A stretch of DNA of 64,000 bases from Planctomycetota bacterium. Its GTDB lineage: Bacteria > Planctomycetota > SZUA-567 > H5-PLA8. Made by a program: the position numbers and the translations under genes. The notes beneath the pieces were generated by a model, which was not told where the DNA came from, made no database searches, and worked only from the letters and a program-made list of their open reading frames with translations. Below, one piece after another: positions 28,841 to 38,579 of this stretch; position 1 is the stretch's first letter; every line of letters begins with the position of its first letter. The stretch is from positions 64,001-128,000 of the forward strand of contig JBBRPR010000001.1 in the NCBI GenBank assembly GCA_038227875.1, given 5' to 3'.

Positions 28841-29566
28841 TTACTGCTTTTCGAGGAATTCGAGGCGACCGATCCAGCGGGGGTTGTGTCGTTCGTTGTC
28901 GATGGCGAACTGGCGGATCACGCCGAAGCCGCTGACGGGGTTGCGGGGTTCGGCGAGCGTGAAATGCATGCCGGGGTTGAAGGCGCAGAGGTTGGTGCGG
29001 GTCTGGAACATCACGCCGCCGTTGCTGATGTTGAGAGTCAGCGCCTGGACTTGCTGAGTCGTGTCGTCGTGCGGGCGCAGGAGCAGCGGCAGCGCGGTGT
29101 TGAAGCGCGGCGAGCGGCGGCGGTGATCCTGGGGCGTCAGATGGCAGAGGCGCGACTGGACCTGGTGCTGCGACGCCAGTGAGACCAGGAATTTGACATT
29201 GAAGCGCTGTTCCAGACTGACGATCACCGCGGGCTGCAAGGGCGTATCCACCGCGACGCAGACGATGTGCTCGTGAGCTTCGTACGGCAGGAACTGGTAG
29301 TCGACCAGCACGCGCGGCTTGAAAAGGTTGACCAGCGCGGGGTCGGCGTCAAGGCCTTCGAGATCGATCAGCGGGAAGCCGGACTGCAGGCTCAGCGCTT
29401 CGAGAATCTCGTCGGGCGAGACCCAGCCGGACTCGCGCAGGTACTGCGTCAGGGAAATTCCCGAGGTCAGCGTGCGCTGCTCGGCTTCGAGAGCTTGAGA
29501 GACATTGAGCTGTCCGCGAGCCACGAAAATGCGCGTGATACGCTTCCCGCGAAAGGTATTGTTCAT
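28841..29566 (-). CDS. MshEN/GSPII-E N-terminal-like domain + PilZ domain protein (no ATPase)
   Basis: RITRIFVARG..LTQYLRESGWVS.DEILEALSLQ, FPLIDL..QFLP..VAVDTP, then PilZ RRRSPR and NISNGG; likely start ATG 29566. Confidence 0.75.
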   Translation of the reverse strand: MNNTFRGKRITRIFVARGQLNVSQALEAEQRTLTSGISLTQYLRESGWVSPDEILEALSLQSGFPLIDLEGLDADPALVNLFKPRVLVDYQFLPYEAHEHIVCVAVDTPLQPAVIVSLEQRFNVKFLVSLASQHQVQSRLCHLTPQDHRRRSPRFNTALPLLLRPHDDTTQQVQALTLNISNGGVMFQTRTNLCAFNPGMHFTLAEPRNPVSGFGVIRQFAIDNERHNPRWIGRLEFLEKQ

Positions 29567-29802
29567 CGTTTCTGATCCATGGTCCGCACTCTTCATAACC
29601 TGTATACGAATCACTTACGCTTGTATGGCAGAGAAAGTTACGCGAAAAATTGAATAAAGTTATACTTATTTTTACAAGTTCATCCCCTCATGTATAAAGA
29701 CTTGTGAGAAAAGTGTACTTCGTGTGAGATATTGATTGCACTGGTGTAAATTTAATTTATAATGATATCATTAATTTGAAGTCGCTCCCTGCGGAGAAGC
29801 TC

Positions 29803-30501
29803 ATGTCCGATCCCGTACTGGCCGTCACCACCTCTGGACCGCAGCCCGATTTAAAGCTCGAAGCGTCCGTTTACCCGGTGCGCGATTTTGAGGTCACGGG
29901 GGACGGATCGCATATACAGTGGGAGCGCTGCCCCTGGCACCCCTTGGTGCGTGTCGGCAACGGTGCGGCAACGTATGCGACGCGGGTCAAGTTTCTGTAT
30001 TCGCCTCTAGGCATTTACTTCTTGTTTCACTGCGAGGACCGGAAGCTCTCCGTCACGCCGAGGCAGGATTTTGAGGACATTTTCAACGAAGACGTGATCG
30101 AACTGTTTCTCTGGCCGGATCAATCGCAGCGGTTGTATTTCGAATACGAACTTTCGCCGCTGGGCGTGGAGTTGCCGATCCTGGTGGCCAACAACGGAGC
30201 CACTTTCATGGGTTGGCAGCCCTGGAAGTACGCCGAAAGACCCATTCGCAAAGCCACGTCGGTGACGGACGGGGAAAAAGAATGCGGCGCGGCGGTGAGC
30301 GCCTGGTCCGCGGAGCTGTTCATTCCGTTTGCGCTGCTTCACGGCTTGGGCAACAGTCATCCGACGCGCGGCTCGGTCTGGCGCGCCAACATGTACCGCA
30401 TCGACCACGACGAGCAACCGTCCTCGCAATGGGCGTGGTGTCCGGACACGCAGGGCAATTTTCACGACTACACGAAATTCGGCACATTGAAGTTTCTGTG
30501 A
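29803..30501 (+). CDS. Carbohydrate-binding family 9-like protein
   Basis: VTGDG..W, EDVIELFL, YFEYELSPLG, WSAELFIPF, WRANMYRID, NFH; GGAG RBS. Confidence 0.8.
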   Translation: MSDPVLAVTTSGPQPDLKLEASVYPVRDFEVTGDGSHIQWERCPWHPLVRVGNGAATYATRVKFLYSPLGIYFLFHCEDRKLSVTPRQDFEDIFNEDVIELFLWPDQSQRLYFEYELSPLGVELPILVANNGATFMGWQPWKYAERPIRKATSVTDGEKECGAAVSAWSAELFIPFALLHGLGNSHPTRGSVWRANMYRIDHDEQPSSQWAWCPDTQGNFHDYTKFGTLKFL

Positions 30502-30526
30502 TGTTCCTCTTGAAGGCCTCCAAAAA

Positions 30527-33268
30527 ATGGAACGTGTTTATCTCGAGACCGAGCATCAGGAACTCTTTCACCGCAATACGAATCTGCACCAGCCGATTCC
30601 AGTCGCGATTCCCAGCGCGTTGAGTCCGCTGGGCTACTACGTCTGCTTGAAAGTGCCGACGGAGAAGCTGGCGGAGTTCGGCAGCGTGATCACGCGGCTG
30701 CAGGTCGGCGGATTGCGTCCCGATGATGTGACCTTGCGCGCCGGCGAGGGCATCGGCGCTCAAGAGCCGCGCGAACTGGCTTCGAAGACGCCGGGCTATT
30801 CGTGGTTGCTGCTGTGCCGAGCTCGGGCGTCGCGTGGCGATGGATGTTTGAACTTCAGCGGTGCGCCGTCGAGCGTGAGATGCGCGGACGTGCTGCTGTG
30901 TACGTGGCCGCGTTTCGTGGCCGGCGGACAGGCCGACGATTGGCTCGCCGCTCAGAGCGATCCGGCGTGGGCGCCGGGGGGCTTGCCGCTGGGCGGGATT
31001 GGTTGCGGCAAGGTGGAACTCTGCCGCGACGGACGTTTCCGCAATTTCAGCGGGAACAACAATCAGGACATGCCGCTGGAAGATCCGGACGGACTGCCGC
31101 GGGCGTTCATTTCGGTCAGCGACGGCGCCGACGAAGTGGCGCTGACCACGCGCACCATCGCCGGGTTGCGGCCCTGCGCGACGCTGCAAGCGCAGCTGGA
31201 ATTTCCGCAGGCACAGTTGACGGCGCGCGGGATTCTTTCCGGCGTCGACGTTCACGTGCGCTGTGCCGGGCCGCTGGTGCCGCATGATCTTCAGGTCTCG
31301 AGCCTGCCGGGATTCGTGCTGCGCGCGACGCTGAAAAATCGCGGCGTGTCAGAACGGACGTTAACGCTGCGATTGGCGTGGCCGAACCTGGTGGGGCAGG
31401 GCGGGGGCATTGGCGAAGCGGAAAGCCGCATCGGTTACGGCGATGGATATTATCGTTACTGGGACGCGCCGGACGGGCATTCGTCGCAGAGCGTGCAGGG
31501 GCAGGGCTTCACGGCGCTGCGCTACTCGAATAAGCCGTCGTCGATCTGCGCGACGGCCGATGGGCATCACTACGTCGCGGTCCGTTCGCGCCACAACGTC
31601 GCGGCGATCGTGAATACGGATCCGAAATTCGGATCGATTGCGCAGGCGGTTTCCGTTCCGGCTGGCGGTGAAGCGGTGATCGACATGGCCGTTGCCTGGG
31701 AGATGCCGCGGTACCTCGATCTGCTTGGCGTGGACCGCGGACACAACTGGCAGAACAGCTGCGGCGATGGCATGGCGGTGCTCGAACAACTTTTCGGGCG
31801 CTGCGAGGAGATTCTGCGCGAAGGCGGGGCGCTGAGCGAACTGCTCTCGCGCACAGAACTGCCGGCGTGGCTGCGCTCGCGACTGGTGAATTGCTGCTAC
31901 CCGCTCGTGACCAACTCGGTCTTCTACAAAGACGGGCGCTTCAGCATCAACGAGGGACCGACGGAAATGGGCGCGTGCTTCGGCACGATCGATCAGCGGC
32001 TGGGCGCTCATGCGGCGACGCAGTTGTTTTTTCCGGAGCTCAACCACCGCGAGCTCGATCAGTTCGGCAGGATCCAAGGACCGCACGACGGAATTCAGCA
32101 CGATCTCGGGCACGGCACGCTGGAGCGTGAACCCGGCGAGACGACGTGGCCGGACCTGACCTGCTCGTTTGTGTTGCAGGCGGCGCGCCACGCGTGGACG
32201 ACGCACGATCGCGAATTCGAAGCCGCGGCATGGCCGCGCGTGAAGAAGGCGATTCTCCGCCACGGCATCTGGGCCGACGAAGGCGGCGGCGTCGCGCAGG
32301 TCGGCGGCGGACTAGGGACCAGCTACGACGGCTACCATTACTTCGGCACGACGCCGTACATGGCGACGCTGTGGATGGCTGCGCTACGCGTCGCTCGCAA
32401 GTGGGCGTTGCGGCGCGGTGAAGATGAACTGCTGCCGAAATTCGATGCGTGGCTGAAAGCGGCGGAGAAGCGGCTCGAGGCGGATCTGTGGAATGGACGG
32501 TTCTACGCGGCGTACGGCAGCGCTGCCGGTCCGAAAAATCCCAACTGCCACGCGGGGATGCTCGCCGGTCAGTATTTTTCGCGGCTGCTGTGCGGCGAGG
32601 ATACTCTTCCGGAAGCGCGCCTGACGTCGTGCGCCGACGCGTTGCTGGCGCTGAATTTTCATGCGACGTTTGCGGTGCCGCCGGATGAGGTCTCCGCAGA
32701 CCTGGCGCACATCTCCGACTTTTCCTGGCTGCCGTATGTGGAAGCCTTCGGCCTGACTGCGCTGGCGTTGAGTAACGGCGCCGCGGTGTTGCCGCTGTGG
32801 GAAAAAATGATGCGCAGCGTCGAACGCGACGGCGCGAGCGTCGCCGACACGCGACTGATGTATCGTCCGCTCAGCGGCGCACCGGCCTGGGGTGCGTACT
32901 ACATGACCGCGCCGGCGAGCTGGCTGGTGTACGATGCGCTGCTCGATTTTAATTTCATGCCGGAAGATGAAGTGCTGCGGCTGGCGCCGACAATAAAAGG
33001 GACGTTCGCGGTGGTTCATCCGTTGTTCTGGGGTGTGGGCTCAAGCGACGGAGCGACGACGGCACTGGCCGTGGAGCGGGTCTTTACGCGGAGCTCCATA
33101 AAGATACGTTTTATAGAATTGCCTCGATATATTAGGGAAATCAGTGTATGTGGCAGCGTTATTCGGCCCACATTAATAAGGGGCGCGTACGCGCAGTTCG
33201 GGATAGCGCCGCTCGAAGTGCAATCAGGACTTAAGTTAACATGGTGCGCGACGGAGCCGTGGAAATAA
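30527..33268 (+). CDS. GH116 family glycoside hydrolase
   Basis: GGLPLGGIGCGKVEL..DGRF; putative catalytic FSINEG and TSYD; LWNGRFY, AGQYF. Confidence 0.85.
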   Translation: MERVYLETEHQELFHRNTNLHQPIPVAIPSALSPLGYYVCLKVPTEKLAEFGSVITRLQVGGLRPDDVTLRAGEGIGAQEPRELASKTPGYSWLLLCRARASRGDGCLNFSGAPSSVRCADVLLCTWPRFVAGGQADDWLAAQSDPAWAPGGLPLGGIGCGKVELCRDGRFRNFSGNNNQDMPLEDPDGLPRAFISVSDGADEVALTTRTIAGLRPCATLQAQLEFPQAQLTARGILSGVDVHVRCAGPLVPHDLQVSSLPGFVLRATLKNRGVSERTLTLRLAWPNLVGQGGGIGEAESRIGYGDGYYRYWDAPDGHSSQSVQGQGFTALRYSNKPSSICATADGHHYVAVRSRHNVAAIVNTDPKFGSIAQAVSVPAGGEAVIDMAVAWEMPRYLDLLGVDRGHNWQNSCGDGMAVLEQLFGRCEEILREGGALSELLSRTELPAWLRSRLVNCCYPLVTNSVFYKDGRFSINEGPTEMGACFGTIDQRLGAHAATQLFFPELNHRELDQFGRIQGPHDGIQHDLGHGTLEREPGETTWPDLTCSFVLQAARHAWTTHDREFEAAAWPRVKKAILRHGIWADEGGGVAQVGGGLGTSYDGYHYFGTTPYMATLWMAALRVARKWALRRGEDELLPKFDAWLKAAEKRLEADLWNGRFYAAYGSAAGPKNPNCHAGMLAGQYFSRLLCGEDTLPEARLTSCADALLALNFHATFAVPPDEVSADLAHISDFSWLPYVEAFGLTALALSNGAAVLPLWEKMMRSVERDGASVADTRLMYRPLSGAPAWGAYYMTAPASWLVYDALLDFNFMPEDEVLRLAPTIKGTFAVVHPLFWGVGSSDGATTALAVERVFTRSSIKIRFIELPRYIREISVCGSVIRPTLIRGAYAQFGIAPLEVQSGLKLTWCATEPWK

Positions 33269-33503
33269 AGTCAATATTGCGCACAAGTTAGTCAATATGG
33301 TTATATAAAAACAAAAAAAGCTAGATTTTATAGTACCAATTATCGCCGAGGCCCTGTATCATCCTAAGTGGATAAATGTACTTTGTAGCCCAATGAGAAA
33401 TCCTTTGCCGACGCCGCGAAACGCCTTTACAGCCAGTCGTTTCACGGACTCTTTGGCGAACAGAATTCTTCGGGGGCTACAGGTCAAACAGGACTCTGCA
33501 ATC

Positions 33504-34550
33504 ATGGCCACACTCACCGATCGTGTCAAGAATCACGTCTTGGAAGCCATCAGCCAAGGCAAGTTCGATATTGGCGAAGTACTTCCCGCGACCGAAGAGA
33601 TCGCTGAAAAAGTGAAGTGCAGCACCGGCACCGTGCGCAAGGCGCTGACGGATCTGGCCAACGAAGGCGTGCTCAAACGCATCCAACGCCGCGGCACGGT
33701 TGTCGCGCGCAAACCGAGCACCGGGCATGTCTGCCTGATTCTGCCACCGGAGCCGCACACGAACTTGCTGCTCCATCATGTCGTCCACAGCGCGCTGGTG
33801 AACGCCGGATACGAAGTCGACACGGTGCCCACGACGATGGGACTGGAAACCGTGCAGACGCAGTGCACGCAGCTGCTCTCTTCCGGCGATGCGCCGGATT
33901 GCCTCGTGGTCCTGGAGCCCAGCAACAAGGCGCTTTATCCGCTGATCGAAGATCTGGCCAAGCGCGCCAAGCGTCGCGTGATCTTCCAGTTTGAAAATCA
34001 AAAGACGCTGCAGGACATGCAGCTGCTGACGCCCGATCATCAGAAGGCCGCACGCGAAGTGGTGCAGCATCTGTTGTCGCTTGGCCACCGCAAGATCGCC
34101 ATCATCGCGGGCGGCTCGCCGGGAGAATCGACGTGGTCGGCGGATTCCGCCGCGCACTGCCGCGACCTGCTGGAAGTCTCCGGTGCGATCTATGTGCCGC
34201 AATATCTGTTTACCGACAAGCATCCGAAGCTGATCGAACGCTTCCTGAAGGAAGGCGTGACCGCGTACTGGGCGATCACCGATCACGAAGCGACGCAGGT
34301 GGTGAATCTGTGCTACCAGGCCGGCTTGAAGATTCCTCAGGACATCTCGATCGTGGGCCGACACGACACGCCGTGGGCACTGGACTGCCATCCGCCGCTG
34401 ACGACCGTGTCGCTTAACCCCGAAGGCATCGCAGTCGCGGTGGTGGAAGCGTTGAACGCGCAGCGCAAGGATCCGTCCGCGATCAACAAGGTGATCAAGG
34501 TTCAGCCCCGGCTGGTGGTGCGGGAATCGACGGGGCCGGTGAAGGCGTAG
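33504..34550 (+). CDS. GntR-HTH + LacI-type sensor domain regulator (AraR-like)
   Basis: LP..EIA...S.GTVRKAL..L..EG..R.GT; LGHRKIA, IPQDISIVG, PPLTTV, LVVREST. Confidence 0.9.
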   Translation: MATLTDRVKNHVLEAISQGKFDIGEVLPATEEIAEKVKCSTGTVRKALTDLANEGVLKRIQRRGTVVARKPSTGHVCLILPPEPHTNLLLHHVVHSALVNAGYEVDTVPTTMGLETVQTQCTQLLSSGDAPDCLVVLEPSNKALYPLIEDLAKRAKRRVIFQFENQKTLQDMQLLTPDHQKAAREVVQHLLSLGHRKIAIIAGGSPGESTWSADSAAHCRDLLEVSGAIYVPQYLFTDKHPKLIERFLKEGVTAYWAITDHEATQVVNLCYQAGLKIPQDISIVGRHDTPWALDCHPPLTTVSLNPEGIAVAVVEALNAQRKDPSAINKVIKVQPRLVVRESTGPVKA

Positions 34551-34577
34551 CACGCGCGCGAGGACTGAGGACTGAGC

Positions 34578-34611
34578 AAAAAATCCCCCGCGGAATGCGG
34601 GGGATTTTTTT
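34578..34611. terminator. Bidirectional intrinsic terminator
   Basis: A6-TCCCCCGC-GGAAT-GCGGGGGA-T7 between convergent genes. Confidence 0.9.
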
Positions 34612-34619
34612 CGAAATCG

Positions 34620-36002
34620 TCAGACGGCCAGCTCCCATGCGTCGAACGATTGGACGGTGGCTACGCCGCTGGTTGCGAAGCTGGTGACGCCCACGCTGCT
34701 GGCTTGCGGATAAATACGATTGGTGATCGCGACGCGGCCGTCCTGGGCGAATACTTCGACGGACGATCGGTCGAGCACGATCTGGATGCGCAGCGTCTCG
34801 GCGCCGTCCAAGGAGACCTTCGCGCCGTAGATGCCGCCGTCGCCGGCGCCGGATTGGCTGCGGTCGACCAGCAGCTTGCCTTCGGCACGGGAGTAATAGA
34901 CCTTCGTCGCTTCGCGGCCGTCGGCCGAACAGCGGACGTGGAATCCGAACTCGGCGGCGCTGGTGCGCTTCAGGTCGAACGTCGCGGCGATTTCCAGGCA
35001 GTCGCCGGAGACGTGCTGAATTTCAGCAGCAGGAAGTTTCAGGGCTTCGAAGTGCCAGTGCTTGCGTCGCAGCGTTTGCAATTCGGGTACCGGTTGCATG
35101 GCGACGGCGCCATCTTTCAAGATGGAGACGACGCGCGGGATCGTCATCGCGCCGCACCAACCCTTGGCCTTGGTCGGCCACTTCTGCGAAGCCCAGTTGT
35201 CCATCCATGCGATGAGAATGCGGCGGCCGTGGTGATCGAGGAACGTCTGCGGCGCGTAGAAATCGAAACCGGTGTCGCAATCCTGGACGCTCTGGCGGGA
35301 AAATTTTCCCACGGCGTAGTCCATCGTGCCGGTCAGGAAGAGCGAGCGCGGTCGGTCGAGGCCCATTGGCGAAATCACCAGCACGTACTGATCGTTGAGC
35401 GGAAAGAGGTCGGGGCATTCCCACATCTTGCCGAGCGTTCCGTCGCTCTCCGCTACGACGCTTTTGAACGACCACGTGCGCAGGTCCGGCGACTGGTAGA
35501 GGAGGATCTGGCCATTGGTCTCTTTTTTTGTGCCGGCGACCAGCCACCAGGAATCGCCGTGCTTCCAGACTTTCGGATCGCGGAAGTCGGGCGTGCGCGA
35601 GCCGTCCGGCAACGTGGCGATCACCGGGTTGGCGGCGAGTTTCTCGAAGTTCAATCCGTCTTTGCTGACGGCGACGCATTGCGTTTCGGCTTCCTTGGTG
35701 TGGCCTGTGTAGATCAATGTGAGGACGCCGTGATCGTCCACGGCGCTTCCAGAGAAGCAGCCGCCAGCATCTTCCGGCCGCGATGGCGTGAGCGCCATGG
35801 GTGCGTGCGACCAGCGGACGAGATCCGTGCTGACGGTGTGCCCCCAATGCATCGGGCCCCAGTCGACACCAAACGGATGGTGTTGATAGAAGAGGTGGTA
35901 CTTTCCGCCGAAGTCAATCAAGCCGTTGGGGTCGTTGAGCCAGTTGATCGGTGAACTGAAATGAAACGCCGGACGCCACGGATCGCTCGCAACTTCAGCC
36001 AT
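34620..36002 (-). CDS. GH32 beta-fructofuranosidase / sucrose-6-phosphate hydrolase
   Basis: WLNDPNG, FSGSA, FRDP, WECPD, DFYAPQ, DRSSVEVF; no signal peptide. Confidence 0.93.
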   Translation of the reverse strand: MAEVASDPWRPAFHFSSPINWLNDPNGLIDFGGKYHLFYQHHPFGVDWGPMHWGHTVSTDLVRWSHAPMALTPSRPEDAGGCFSGSAVDDHGVLTLIYTGHTKEAETQCVAVSKDGLNFEKLAANPVIATLPDGSRTPDFRDPKVWKHGDSWWLVAGTKKETNGQILLYQSPDLRTWSFKSVVAESDGTLGKMWECPDLFPLNDQYVLVISPMGLDRPRSLFLTGTMDYAVGKFSRQSVQDCDTGFDFYAPQTFLDHHGRRILIAWMDNWASQKWPTKAKGWCGAMTIPRVVSILKDGAVAMQPVPELQTLRRKHWHFEALKLPAAEIQHVSGDCLEIAATFDLKRTSAAEFGFHVRCSADGREATKVYYSRAEGKLLVDRSQSGAGDGGIYGAKVSLDGAETLRIQIVLDRSSVEVFAQDGRVAITNRIYPQASSVGVTSFATSGVATVQSFDAWELAV

Positions 36003-36198
36003 CGGACACCTCTCTGAAAGGGGGATCGCGAAGGGAATCATCTTCTGCCCGGAGGCGATACAAGCAATGCCGAAAATGAGTCAAGGTGATTGAATTTGAG
36101 AGGGGCCGCGGAAAGCTTACGTGGGGTCATCGAATTTTTATACTCGGCGCATAATATGCTCAACACGCCTGCACTTGATCTCAATTAAGGAGCGAATC

Positions 36199-37124
36199 AT
36201 GTCCGATCCTGAACTCGTCAAAGCTGCCGCGGCGCTTTTTGTGAAGGCGTTTGGCTTGCATCCCGGCTCACGTCTGGCGCATGCCAAGGGCATCGTCTGC
36301 GAAGGCACTTTTAAAGCGACGCCGGCGGCGGCGCAATTCTGCCGCGCGGTTCATTTTAAAGGCGTAGAGATTCCGGTCGTGGTGCGGTTCTCCGACGGGA
36401 CGGGTCTGCCGCAGATTCCAGATGGCGCGGCGGACAGCAACCCAAGGGCATCGCCATCCGTTTCAAACTTCCCGACGGCTCGTTTACGGACATTCTGGGC
36501 AACGGGCTCAACGGTTTCCCGGCCGGGACGCCCGAAGATTTCGTCGCGTTCCTCGGCAGCGCGATCGATTCGCCGAAGGGCACGCCCAGCCCGACGCCGC
36601 TGGAAAAATTCCTGAGCACCCATCCGCGCAGCGTCGCGATAGTCTCGCAACCCAACCTGACGCCGGCGAGTTTCGTGACGCAGGCGTACTTCGCCAACAA
36701 TTCGTTTCTCTTCGTCAACGATCAGGGCAAGAAGCAGGCGATCCGCTACCAGTTTATTCCGCTCGCTGGCGAGAAGCACCTCGACGCCGCCGCCTCTGCG
36801 GCGCAGCCTCCGAACTTTCTGATGGACGATCTACGAGCGCGGCTGGCGATGGGGCCGGCGGAATTCCGCCTTGTCGTCCAGCTCGCCGGAACCAACGATC
36901 CGACCAACGACGCGACTATTGTCTGGCCCGACGACCGGCAGAAGGTGGACCTGGGCTTGATCAAGCTGACGAAGATCGATCCGAACGGCGCCGAGACGGA
37001 AAAGCTGCTGTTCATGGACCCGGTGCATCTGACGGATGGGATTGAGCTCTCGGACGACCCGCTGCCGGAGTTCCGATCAAAGGTGTATTCGATCTCGATC
37101 GAACACCGCACGAAGAAAGCCTGA
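36199..37124 (+). pseudogene. Catalase-related peroxidase (SrpA-like), split by a 1-base frameshift
   Basis: R.AHAKG..G.F and VRFS in frame 1; after AAC CCA AGG (~36441) another frame continues KGIAIRFKLPDG..DI..FP.. to GIELSDDP..RS.VY. May be a sequencing error. Confidence 0.75.
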
Positions 37125-37129
37125 ATGGC

Positions 37130-37262
37130 ATTTTCTAATTTCCATTTTCTGATTTTCCATTTTCCATCGGAAACGGGATTGTGAGTTCGACGCGTGTCCG
37201 TCGCGAATGCGCGAGGTCGTTCAATGGAAAATGAAAAATCACAATTGGAAAATGGAAAATGA
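37130..37262. repeat. Inverted pair of degenerate period-7 arrays (TTTCCAT-like / ATGGAAA-like) around a GC-rich spacer
   Basis: ttttctaatttccattttctgattttccatttccat ... atggaaaatgaaaaatcacaattggaaaatggaaaat. Confidence 0.75.
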
Positions 37263-37327
37263 TATTGATCCGTCCCGCGCCAGGTGTCGGTTCCCGGCGC
37301 GGAGCGGCGTTGGTTTCTGGCTGACGA

Positions 37328-38071
37328 TTACGCGTTCATGCCGCCGTCGACGTTGAGTGACGCGCCGGTGATGTACGACGCTTCGGGACTGGCCAGGAAG
37401 GCGATGGCGGCGGCGACTTCCTCCGCCTTGCCGTAGCGGCCGAGGGCGATCTGCGTTTTCAGCGAGGCGGCGAAATCGCCTTCGTCGGGATTCATGTCGG
37501 TCGCGATCGGGCCGGGTTGGACGGTGTTGACGGTGATCTTCCGTGCGCCGAGTTCGCGCGACCAGCCGCGCGTGTAACCGGCGACGGTGAACTTGGTCGC
37601 GCTGTAGTCGGTGACGCCGGCCATCGGGATGCGTTCGCCGAGCACCGAGCCGAGGTTGATGATGCGGCCGCCGTCGGGCATCACTTTCGCCGCCGCCTTC
37701 ACGGCCGCGATCACGCCGCCGACGTTGATGGCGTACTGCCGTTCCAATTGCTTCGGGTCGGACTCCGCCAGCGAGCCGGTCACGAACACGCCGGCGTTGT
37801 TGACGAGGATGTCGAGCTTGCCGAACTTCCCGACAACGGATTTGATCAAGCCTTCCACCTGCGCCGGATCGGCCTGATCGGCTTTGAACGCCACGGCGCG
37901 CACGCCCTTGGCTTCCAATTGTTTTACGACCGCTTGAGCTTTCTCCGCCGACGCCGAGTAACTGATCGCGACGTCCGCTCCGTCGGAGGCCAGCGCCAGC
38001 GCCGTGGCTGCTCCAATGCCGCGTGAACCTCCGGTAACCAACGCTACTTTGCCTTTGAGTTTGGTAGACAT
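37328..38071 (-). CDS. Short-chain dehydrogenase/reductase (FabG-like)
   Basis: TGGSRGIG, NNAG, YSATK, PGPIATD; real start MSTKLKGK at 38071. Confidence 0.93.
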   Translation of the reverse strand: MSTKLKGKVALVTGGSRGIGAATALALASDGADVAISYSASAEKAQAVVKQLEAKGVRAVAFKADQADPAQVEGLIKSVVGKFGKLDILVNNAGVFVTGSLAESDPKQLERQYAINVGGVIAAVKAAAKVMPDGGRIINLGSVLGERIPMAGVTDYSATKFTVAGYTRGWSRELGARKITVNTVQPGPIATDMNPDEGDFAASLKTQIALGRYGKAEEVAAAIAFLASPEASYITGASLNVDGGMNA

Positions 38072-38123
38072 GATTTGAACCCTCGCTTTCATTCCGATGT
38101 TTAACTTTTCAAAACTCACTTTG

Positions 38124-38195
38124 TTCTGTACTGACGGGTACACTATAGCCCGCCAAACGAAGTCCGTCAAATAGAATTCTGTATTGATTGGTAAA
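38124..38195. promoter_or_regulatory. Two TetR-type operator-like sites upstream of SDR
   Basis: TTCTGTACTGACGGGTACA (38124-38142, TGTAC-N6-GTACA) and TTCTGTATTGATTGGTAAA (38177-38195). Confidence 0.5.
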
Positions 38196-38399
38196 AAAGT
38201 CGCATTTTCGTGCTGCCAGAACCGCGACGCTCCAGTTGCCACAGCAAGACGGAGTGAGCACGTGAACCTTCCCGCAAACACGTGTGAAGATTGTTTTGTT
38301 CGTCGAATAATTTTAAATACGGATTCGCCATGAATGATCTCGAAATTACTGAGGGCATGCACCTTGAGGCATTGAAATGCGGTTATGCACTTATAAAGT

Positions 38400-38427
38400 T
38401 TGCTACTCGCGAAGCAGGCGGTATAGT
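38400..38427 (+). promoter_or_regulatory. Putative sigma70 promoter of ankyrin gene
   Basis: TTGCTA-N16-TATAGT. Confidence 0.35.
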
Positions 38428-38579
38428 GTCGGTTACCCACATCCCCGACTCGCACGTCTCCTGATAACTTCGGCTGGCGAAAGAGCCCGTGGAGAACTGG
38501 GCGCAGTAACACGTCGCGTGTGCACGTGGAACCGACACCTTCGTGTAGTTTCGAGGCTGTCCCTTGAAGGAGTTGACGT

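Noticed and set aside
37130..37262. CRISPR or IS ends
   Set aside because: No repeat-spacer structure, cas genes, transposase or target duplication.
38457..38495. Hammerhead- or ZTP-riboswitch-like words (CTGATAA..GAAA; CTGGCGAAA..CTGGGC)
   Set aside because: Core nucleotides (CUGANGA; CCAC.GGGGAG) are missing.
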